A stretch of DNA of 44,607 nucleotides from Saprolegnia diclina VS20 (Eukaryota), in assembly GCF_000281045.1 (NCBI RefSeq), contig NW_008246099.1, forward strand, positions 430,372 through 474,978, in the 5' to 3' direction. The notes beneath the pieces are model-generated. The model was not told the origin of the DNA. It did not search any database and saw only the letters and a list, made by a program, of their open reading frames with translations. Of the stretch, positions 31,635-41,047 are shown in pieces; position 1 is the first letter of the stretch, and every line of letters starts with the position of its first letter. A program made the translations under genes and the position numbers.

Positions 31635-34302
31635 TCACATCGATTCTCTGAAGCTATGGGACGCCGAGAGCTGTCGCCGTATCGGGACGTGCTTGGGCGT
31701 GGGCGGTCGCTCGACAACATCAACAGTATCGTGCTCGTCGTCGTGGTTGCGCCGGTCCCGCGATCCTCGAAAGCTGCGTTTCTGAGTACTCGAGCTTCGA
31801 AAGCTGCGGCGAGTGAAGGTCGGCTCTTGGAGCGGACTATGGCACGCCTCGGGTTTGCGGAGCTGACGAACAAGCGTACCCCTGAACCTGGCCTGGATTT
31901 GCGTCGCCGCTTGACAGCGAACATCCCGCAAGTCGGTCGGGCGCGGCTCGTCAACGATCGTTCGCATCGATTTGCGCACTAGAGTTCCACGGATGTGCGC
32001 CTGGATTCGACAGATGCCGGCATGGTCCATCGGCTTGGCGAACGACGGAAGCGGGCGCACAACGTCTTTCGAATGCGACCGCGCGTGGCGGCGTGTGAGG
32101 GCACCGCGGAAATGGGCCTGAATGCGCGTCGCCGCAGCGTTTGTGTCTGGCGCTGGTCGTGAAGCGTACGAATCCACGCGCATGCCCAAACTTCGTCGCA
32201 ATTCCATCGTATTTCGACGAGCGAGGGCCCCGCGAATGTGGGCTTGAATGCGCATCGCTGCAAGATCGACTCCGTCGTCCTCGGCTTCGTCGTCCTCGGC
32301 TTCATTCTCGTCTAGAGCCCCTTGCGGCACGTCCTCATCGTTTTCGTAGGCTTCATAGTCGTCGTCATAGGCGTTCTCGTCGTCGTCATGCTCCTTCGGA
32401 GCGCTGCCATGGGCTGGCGTCGCACACTGGCTGTCACCAAGCAGTTGCGTCGTACTGTAGTGCTGCTCGATAAACTGACGCATGTCGTTCTCCATTTCTG
32501 CAAGCTTGAAGAGTACCGTGTCAGCATGATCTGCTGTTGTTGGTCGGCCTGGCGACTCAATCAGCAACTTTTTGCTAGGCGTCAGCAAAACTCGTGGTAA
32601 AAAATCAGTCGCTGACGGCGGAGGCAGCTCCGACACGACGACGGAATCGAGCGCCAACGTTTTGTGCGGCTCGCGTACAGAAAAGCAGACCGTGCCGTCC
32701 GTGCGATCCGTAAGCGTGCAAATATAGTACGTCCCCTGCAAGACGTGACCCGTCTCCCAGACAACGACGGCCGCAGAGGTTGGAGGCTGACAGAGGCGCA
32801 CGGCCCCTGTGTCAACGAGAATGCACGGCAGTAGCATTCGGACTGCCGCATCGACTGTTGATGCCGTCACATGCATCTCGCGCAATGCTCGCTGAAGCTC
32901 GTTCGTCGTGAGCTCGAGGCTAAACGTCTGGCGTGAGACTGTGTGCTGAACGTCAAAGCGAACGCCGTCAGCTGCTGATGACACAGACACCGTGTAGTCC
33001 TCGCCATGTATAGAGCACGGAGCGACGAGGCAGAAGAGTGTCTCCAGGGTCAAACCCGCGACGGAGCGCACTTCGTTGAGAGGAAGGTAGAGCATCGAGC
33101 TGCGCTGCTCGAACCGGACGCGGTCGCAGAGAAGCCGCGATATCGTCTCCACGGCAAATTCTTCTTCAATCGAGACGACGTCCTTGAGCAGCCCAAGCAT
33201 GTCGTCTTTGGAGACATACAGCTCGTACGTCGTCTCCGCGCTCCCATCGTGGGCCGAAATCGTCATGCCGTACATCGGGGCACTGGCAACGGTCACGACA
33301 AAATCGACGCCGTCGATGGTCCGGCCCTTCTTGAGAAGATGTGATTGCCCTTGCATCGGTGACTTGGGTGTTGCATGCATGAATTCGCTTGATGGGCCCC
33401 ATTTGAATCGCGGGCTGAGGTGGTCCAGCACGGGTAGCCCCGGGCGCGTCCCCACCTTTTTTGGCTCGAAGGCAGGCTTTCGAGCCTTGTGACGGCACTT
33501 GGGCGGCACCGTCGTCGGAGGAGTTGCGACTTTCACGTTGATTGTTGGCAAGCTCAAATTGTAGTACTGAAGGAGGTCATCCTCTTCGTCGCCGAGCGTC
33601 TGAGCCTGCATGAACGCCCGCGCATTCTGCATCGTGGGGTCAATTGTGTTTTTCGATGTCGTTGTGGCGGGCGGACTTGGCTTGAGCAGAGGAAAGTTGC
33701 AGATTGACTTGAGGTACTTGACGCTCTGCTGCCACTCCTTGCGCAACCTCGTGTTTTTGTAGTGCGTTTTGGTTTTGCGCACGCGACGCGTGATCGCCTA
33801 CACCTCATTTCGTGACTCCTCGACTACGTTGGCACGCTACCAAGTTGTCGCTTTGGATTTGCCGCAGTCGCTGCGTTCGAAAGGTGCCATTTAGAGACTT
33901 CTTCAGTGGCGATGGCGCACTTGGCTTGAGCGGGCTGGGGTGACGCGGGCTGTGGTATACCGTGTAGGACACCGTGTTGACGGACGACGCGGGCGACGGG
34001 TGGAACTCCCATGCAGAGCAGTGCATGACGTCCGACATACGGTTGACGAGCAAGTTGTTATGGCGCTCGATCTCATCAAGCCGGTCTACCACAAATTAGG
34101 GATAACCGAGATGCACAAATCTACCTTCCACCTCGCGCTCCCGCTTCATATTGTGCAAGAGATGGTACATTGTCGACGTGCGGGGCTTGTGCGTGTCAAT
34201 CGCCGACCGGGTTTCCTGGAGCTTCTTGCGGTGGATCGCCTTGGCGACCTCGAGCTCCCGGTCACGGCATACCTTGCTACTTGTCTTCTCGGCCCGGTGC
34301 AT
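31635..34302 (-). CDS. CFAP97/Hemingway (KIAA1430)-like N-terminal domain fused to four IQ calmodulin-binding motifs; 3' end uncertain
   Basis: Exons give HRKKLQETRSAIDT, RLDEIERHNNLLVNRM, KSLNGTFRTQRLRQIQSDNL and LRKEWQQSVKYLKSICNFP. IQ motifs IQAHIRGALARR, IQAHFRGALTRR, IQAHIRGTLVRK and IQARFRGTLVRQ. Confidence 0.75.
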
Positions 34303-34506
34303 CGGGCCGCCACCGTGTTGAACGGTCTATCTTTACACCGGTTTTGGTTTCCTATGTTTAGTGGCGCCATCCCTCGTACGGTTACGTCAGGGATCGCACC
34401 GCCTTCCGGGCGCGGCACATCACCAATATTATTATTCGAATTGGCGCCAACGAGCGACCTCCGATATTCGGAGACTGTCATATCCGGCTTCGGCGCACGC
34501 ACAAGC

Positions 34507-36090
34507 ATGATGAACAAAGCGAGACTCTCGAGAGCATGCTGGCTGTCCACCAGCGCATGGCCACTGAAGCCGCTCCATCTGCAACCTTTGGCCTCAGCCC
34601 CATCAGATCTGGAGATAGCACAGGCTCAGGTTGGTCCAGCCTACACTAGACAGAGACGTCTCATGCTGCATCAAACATTGTGAACGATAGAAGCCAAAGC
34701 CAATTGCCCAGTTGGCAACTGAGATCGGTTTACATGACGAGGAGCTTTCGTTGCACGGGAAGTACAAGGCGAAGGTGGCGCTCTCGGTCCTCAATCGGCT
34801 TGAGAATGCTCCCCAAGGCAAGTACGTCGTCGTCGGTGGAATCACGCCAACGCCACTGGGCGAGGGCAAGACGACGTGTGTGATGGGACTGGCTCAAGCC
34901 TTTAGCGCGCATCTCAACACAAATAGCTTTGCGTGCGTCCGACAACCGTCACAAGGCCCGATCTTTGGCATCAAAGTACCGCTGCGACGCGGGGATGCAC
35001 AATCAATGCTACGTCGTAGGGCGGTGCGGCGGGCGGTGGTTATGCTCAAGCCATTCCCATGGTACTCATGTCCATGCATATCGCATTGCGGCGACTAACC
35101 CGTACTTAGGACGAGTTTAATATGCACTTGACCGGTGACATCCACGCCATAACAGCCGCCACCAATCTTTTGGCCGCCGCCATCGACGCCCGTATCTTTC
35201 ACGAATCTCAGCTGACAGACGAAACGTTGTACGCGCGTCTCGTCTCAAACAAGTGTGCTCCATCACAACCCAAATTTACCCCGGCCATGCAGCGCCGCTT
35301 GGGCAAGCTCGGTATGTTTTCTTCCTGCAGGTCACGCATACGACGACGCGTGCAGGCATCCGGGGCAATGACCCAGCTGAATTATCAACGTGCGATCGAG
35401 CTCGGTTCGCCCGACTCGATATTGACCCGTCGACACTCACCATCAAGCGGGTGCTGGACACGAACGACAGGTTCCTGCGCCAAATTTCAATCGGGCACAG
35501 TCCGACGGAAAAGGGTCAAGTCCGGAGCACCGGCTTTGACATCAGCGGTAACTATGTGTATTTGCGTCAAGATCCTTGTTGTAACTCGTTGTAGTCGCGA
35601 GCGAGGTCATGGCGATCTTAGCGTTGGCGCGCGACATGCTCGACATGCGCACTCGCATCGGTGCTATCGTCGTCGGCTTTAGTCGCGACGGTGCTGCGAT
35701 TACTGCGGACGATATTGGCGTCGCGGGGGCTATGATGGCTCTCATGAAGGACGCGTTGCAACCAACGCTCATGCAAACGCTCGAGGGCTCACCAGGTATT
35801 GTCTACGACCGACTTGGATTCCTGCGCATGACGCCGATCTAGTGTTCGTGCACGCGGGGCCGTTCGCCAACATCGCGCATGGTAACTCGTCCATCATTGC
35901 GGATAAGATTGCGGTGCGAAAAATGAGCATCCCGAGAGCGAGCTCATATGCACAACTGTAGCTGAAGCTTGTGGGGCGAGACGGCGTCGTCGTCACAGAG
36001 GCTGGCTTTGGTGCAGATATGGCAATTGAAAAGTTTTGCAACATCAAGTGCGCCAGCAGCGGTCTGCGTCCCGACTGCATCGTGCTTGTC

Positions 36091-36125
<35 letters not shown>

Positions 36126-36848
36126 TGCACCCGTTGTTGCCGGGAAACCAATGCCGGCCGAGTATCTCACGGAGCGTGTCGACCTCGTGCGCACCGGGTG
36201 CGCCAACCTACGTGCGCAGGTACAGATCGCCGCGTCTTTCGGTGTTCCCGTCGTCGTCGCTGTGAGTCCGTTTATGCAAGATTCACCAGCGGAATTGGAC
36301 GCGATTATCAACGAAGCAAAGGCTGCGGGCGCGACCGACGCTGTCGTCGCCCGCTACCACGCGCTCGGTGGTCGAGGCACGGTCGACTTGGCTGAGGCTG
36401 TCATCGCTGCTACGTCGTCGCCCCGATGTCCGTTTGTTCCAACGTACGACTTGCAAAGCTCCATCGAAGCCAAGGTTGATGCCATCGTCCATATGATTTA
36501 CGGTGGCGGTGGCAGCGATTGGAGTTCGCTGGCAAAAGCACGTGCAAGCTGGTACACTGTGCTGTGCATTGAATGTTTGGCGATGGTGCCTTTAGGTATG
36601 CGTCGAAAGGCTTCGGCGACCTCCCCATTTGCATGGCCAAGACGCAGTACTCACTCTCCCATGACCCGGCGTTGAAAGGCCGCCCCGTCGACTTTATCGT
36701 GCCTATCACGGACGTGCGCTTGTTCGCTGGCGCTGGCTTTCTCACTGTGCTAACAGGCGACGTGGCAACGATGCCAGGCCTCGCCACGCGCCCCAGCTTT
36801 CATGATATTGATGTCCTCCCAGACGGCACAATCACAGGCCTCTCGTAG
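34507..36848 (+). CDS. fhs: Formate--tetrahydrofolate ligase (monofunctional FTHFS), multi-exon, probable mitochondrial presequence
   Basis: [87 protein letters not shown] and TMPGL. Confidence 0.95.
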
Positions 36849-36886
36849 CTCGAACCAGAATACTTCGTAGCTCAAACCAGAATACT
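36843..36886. repeat. 22-bp tandem duplication spanning the FTHFS stop codon
   Basis: TCGTAGCTCGAACCAGAATACT / TCGTAGCTCAAACCAGAATACT, one mismatch. Confidence 0.85.
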
Positions 36887-37015
36887 ACTTCGGCGGATTA
36901 TCCGCCTTTAGGTCTGGGAGGGTTTAAGCAAAAAAATACCAAGATTCAAGCATGGGGGTCGTATTATGCATTAGTACTGCACTTCATTGCGCAGGACACG
37001 TGTCGCTGCCATGAC

Positions 37016-37849
37016 TTAGTTGCGGCCACCGAAGCGCTCGTGCAACTCGGCAACATCAATGTCGTGGACCTTCTGGTAGCCGTCCGGCTTGAACAAGTAG
37101 ACACGGCAAAGACCGCCACTGTACGAGTCGCGGTACGTGGCTTGGTAGATTGCGTTGAGACCGAGCTCAATTGCTTCGTCGTCTTCCAAGTCCCACCGGT
37201 AATGCGTGTCCAAGACACCGTACGCGTACGTGCTACCCGAGCCGACAGAGAACTTCGGCTTCTTCGCACTCGCACGCATGCGAGACCCTTCGTCATCGAC
37301 GTAGTAGAGCGTCGGCTGGCCGTCGTCATAGCCCATCATCATCATACCAAGCGAGAGGCCGTACGACTTGTAGTAGTTGCACGTGTTGGCAATGAGCTTG
37401 CTTGCGGCGCGAATCGAGATGCGGTGGCGGTTGCGCAACTCATACATGCGGCACTGCACGGCGAGGTTACGCTGCCAGTACTGACAGTCGGCGGCGCCAC
37501 CGGCAATCGTCGCAAGCATGTATGGAGTGATCTCGTTGATCTTGTCGACGGACTGCGACGCGATGAACGGTCCTTGTGTCGAGCGCGAGTCGACGGCTGC
37601 GAGGATGCCACCCTTGAAGCAGAAGGCCAGCGTCGTCGTGCCTTTGTCGAACTTGAGCGTCTGGTCATTGTCTTCGTGGTACTTGATCTTGAGGTTCGTG
37701 CGGCAGTAGAGCGCCGGGTCAGCCACAGGCGGCAGCATGAAGCTGTTCATGCTACCCATGCCCTCAACCATGGAGCCGCTGGCGTCTTCACCCAGCATCT
37801 CGTCGTGGCGGGACTTCTTCAGGAAGGGTAGCGCGACCGAGTTCATCAT
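37016..37849 (-). CDS. PSMB5: 20S proteasome subunit beta type-5, intronless
   Basis: Propeptide followed by KG|TTTLAF (catalytic Thr1), AVDSRST, AGGAADCQYWQR, SVGSGSTYAYGVLD and RDSYSGG. Confidence 0.95.
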   Translation of the reverse strand: MMNSVALPFLKKSRHDEMLGEDASGSMVEGMGSMNSFMLPPVADPALYCRTNLKIKYHEDNDQTLKFDKGTTTLAFCFKGGILAAVDSRSTQGPFIASQSVDKINEITPYMLATIAGGAADCQYWQRNLAVQCRMYELRNRHRISIRAASKLIANTCNYYKSYGLSLGMMMMGYDDGQPTLYYVDDEGSRMRASAKKPKFSVGSGSTYAYGVLDTHYRWDLEDDEAIELGLNAIYQATYRDSYSGGLCRVYLFKPDGYQKVHDIDVAELHERFGGRN

Positions 37850-38463
37850 ATCTTTCTTCGGCCCGAAGCGGTTCGACTTGTCCGCACCGCAGAGTCAAAG
37901 GGGGGCTGTACGGCACGTACGGTGTACGCTGTACGACAAAGTACGTTCAACGTACACGCATTCGATTGGCCGAAATCCATGGAACGAGCGACTTCGCGAT
38001 CTTCTGTCGACACGCACTTCACCGATGCTGGAGGCCCGCGAAGGCACCATGCTACGCTGGGAGCAGCGACAAACGTCCTAGAAAGCGCATAATGCAGCGG
38101 GCTTGAACAACGGAGCAGACCCGGAGCCGGTTCACGGCATGCACACCCACACCAACCCGGGCTCAATTATCCGGATGCGTGAGCTGTCCCTTTCGCAAAT
38201 CTCCCCGCTGTCCTCATGGCGATGCAGTGCCGAGAGCTAGTGCCGAGTGAGGTTGCTGCTGCATTTGGCGACAAAATCTATACTGGTGTGTTGGAGATAG
38301 TTGTGCTTGGGGGCGTGGCCTCAAGCGATTTCGGTTACTATGTTATTCTCCAAATGCTGGACAGTTTAACTTGGTTTAACCCTCTGGGCTGACCGTATTA
38401 ATAATTTTATTAATAATTCTGTTTTGATTGTTTACCCATCCGATTTCGAAACGAACAAAATAT

Positions 38464-39764
38464 ATGACGCTCTTCCTCGCGAACGAGAGCGTCGCGGGTG
38501 ATGAGGCGCTACCGTCGACCTTCGAGCTCATCATGCAAGACCGCATGGCCGGCGGCTTCAAGCCCGCGGCACAGTACCTCGTCAACGTCCTCTGCGACAC
38601 GTACCCGCACCTCGCGTCCTCGGCGCCCGTCAAGCACTTTCACGAGTCGTACGCGCTCTTGAAGCTTCTCGTGGAGCGCTATTGCCTCGCACACTACGAC
38701 AGCCTTCTCTCGGAACGGTTCTATGGTGTTAAGCGTGTTGCGCTTGATGGACCGCTCACGGAGCGCGGCCGTCACCTTGGGCTTCTCTACGACATTGGCG
38801 TGCCGTACGTCAAGGCCAAGCTCGACACCTACTATCACAGCCTGTTAGCCACGAATCTTGGCCATCGCGGCGACGGTGAAAGTGATACGGACGGAGATTA
38901 TGTGCCTGTTCCTGCCGAGCTCTTGTCCCCGCCGTCCAAGATGGAGCGCTTCTGGCGACAGTGGACGACGCTTCGGATGTGGGGCCAGCTCAAGAGGGCG
39001 TTTGTCGATGTCTACCCGACGGCTCATTTTACCTACGAAGGCTCATTTCTTCTATATCAGGTACATGCACGGCTCGTCGCTCCCTCGGTCACTCATGTTA
39101 TAGTGGATGTACCTCTTCGGATACACCCGCCACTTTACGCCATTTCTGCGCGCGATGAAGGTCGTGTTCGCGCGGATTACGCCCCACGACATTGTACGTC
39201 TCGATTTGTCAACGCGCCTCGTGTCACGTGCGGACTCTAGTCAACGTTCGACCAGAAGCGGCTCATCCAGCGTGCGCATATTCTCCAGGAGCTTAATGCG
39301 CGTCCGAGTCTCGTGAACGGCCTTCGCAAAATGCTCTACAAAGCGACGTGGATGACACTTGATCACTCGCAGACGATTGTCATCTTCACGATCATCGGCT
39401 TCAAGTTCATCGAGTGGATGTACTCGGACATGAACCCGCGCCCGACGCCGCATGGCCCCAACAACTGCCCGCCGCCTCCACCGCCGTTGCCGCCGCGGCT
39501 CAATCTGAGTGCGATTGCCATGTCGTCCGAAGTAGTCCTCTCATTCTTCTTTCGCACGTTCAAGTCTATATCGCGTAGACCCATCGCTGCGGTTTGTGCC
39601 AACGCCCTCGCACGAACCCTGCCAGCTGCATCTCGGGTTTTGTGTTTTGCTATCCGTGCATTTACGAGTACGTGATCGACCACGGCGAGTGCCCCGTGAC
39701 GCGCCTTCCATGCGACGTATCGTCGGTTGTGCGCATATACGAGGATGCAGAGCCGTCGACTTGA
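38464..39764 (+). CDS. PEX12: Peroxin-12 (peroxisomal RING E3 complex), 4 exons
   Basis: PSTFELIMQD, SLLSERFYGVKR, VPYVKAKLD and FKFIEWMYS; C-terminal RING CGLC...SGFVFCYPCI...CPVT; stop TGA 39762-39764. Confidence 0.9.
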
Positions 39765-39774
39765 TATAAATGTG

Positions 39775-40398
39775 TTAGCGGCTGGCTTCAAGCTGCGAAA
39801 GGACTTGGTCGTATAGCTGAAACTTCTTTGAGATACTCTCCATGACGTCTGCGTAGCGCAGAAGCAATGCCTCGACCTGGGCGTGCCGCGCCAAAACCTG
39901 TTGGCCCAAAATCAAGTTGGATGTTTCTGCGCGCGTTAAGGTTGCATGTGTCGCAGGCGCGATCGCGGGCAGTGCCACGTAGCGCCCAAGCTCCTGGATC
40001 ATCTGTGCGTCGGTCGACATCGTCTGGACCATGTCGTGAGACGTCAAGATGATGATCTTGGTAGTCTGCTCGAGGCTCCCCGAGGCAGGTTGTGACTGGA
40101 GCTTGAGCTCTCCGAGGAAGCCTGGCGCCAATAGCTTCTTGTTTTGCTCATCTACAGGCATCATGAGCGATGGATACGAGACTTGGGTCCTGACAGTACA
40201 TGCGAGGTGCAAGGGGCCAACGTTGGGCGGGTCGATGCTGTTCTCGACCTGATGGAGTTTTTCAGAAAGCTCATGCAGACGCACGTGCAGTGACGGCACG
40301 TTTCCCGTCCCAGAGACCATGCCTACGGCGCCGTAGAGATCGGCTAGGCGACGTTCGAGCGAGCTCAACTCGGCGTCCATCGTGGCGTCGTCACGCAT
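39775..40398 (-). CDS. Dynactin subunit 3 (p22/p24)-like protein
   Basis: LSSLERRLADL at the N-terminus and LLLRYADVMESISKKFQLYDQVLSQLE at the C-terminus resemble the recalled DCTN3 pattern; probable in-frame intron near 40154-40195. Confidence 0.6.
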   Translation of the reverse strand: MRDDATMDAELSSLERRLADLYGAVGMVSGTGNVPSLHVRLHELSEKLHQVENSIDPPNVGPLHLACTVRTQVSYPSLMMPVDEQNKKLLAPGFLGELKLQSQPASGSLEQTTKIIILTSHDMVQTMSTDAQMIQELGRYVALPAIAPATHATLTRAETSNLILGQQVLARHAQVEALLLRYADVMESISKKFQLYDQVLSQLEASR

Positions 40399-40551
40399 CG
40401 TTGACCGAGTATTTATGTCATTTCAAAGGACCTCTGATGCCGTATACTAGTACAAAGCAAGCGTTTAATAAAGCAATAAATAGCAAGGTGTGCTGCGAAA
40501 CGACCGTCGGTTTCGTGCAAAATATTTCCTCGAAAAGTAGTTTTGCTCGCG

Positions 40552-41016
40552 ATGCACGGAACAAAGCGGCCTCCGGCCAAGCTCGTGTACAAGCCGCCGA
40601 GCGAGCGCGGCCTTGTGACGGCCAAGGAAGCGTCCAACATGAACCGCTCAACGAGTGGTATTGCTGGTGCGCTCGACACGCTTGCAGGGCGCATGGACAT
40701 GCTCGAGAGAGAGATCAAGGCAGATATGAAGGGCAAGAAAGACTACGAGGACGAGCTCTTTAAGATCAATACGCGCAAAGAGGACATTATGCGGAAGCTC
40801 GCTGAGTGCGAGCGCTGGAACGGCATTTTCCAGAGTAAGATAAAGCCGCTCGAGAACTCATACCTTGCGACTACCGTCGAGATGAGCGAAGAGTATGACC
40901 AAGCTAAGATCAAGCACGCGCAGGGCCTCCAAGTTCTCATCGACAACTTCAACTACCACCCCGAATACAAGCGCTACAACGACGACTTTTCGGCGGTGCC
41001 TTTTCGGCCCAAGTAG
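40552..41016 (+). CDS. Small coiled-coil protein, possibly SSNA1/DIP13-related
   Basis: 154-aa intronless ORF with strong codon bias. The heptad pattern LEREIKADMKGKKDYEDEL...FQSKIKPLENSY loosely resembles SSNA1. Confidence 0.6.
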   Translation: MHGTKRPPAKLVYKPPSERGLVTAKEASNMNRSTSGIAGALDTLAGRMDMLEREIKADMKGKKDYEDELFKINTRKEDIMRKLAECERWNGIFQSKIKPLENSYLATTVEMSEEYDQAKIKHAQGLQVLIDNFNYHPEYKRYNDDFSAVPFRPK

Positions 41017-41047
41017 CATATTGCAAAAAAGAGACATGCCTTCTCGG

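Noticed and set aside
24312..39764. BioF plus PEX12 (and CTP synthase/FTHFS) as a metabolic gene cluster
   Set aside because: Separated by many unrelated genes; no evidence beyond co-occurrence in the window.
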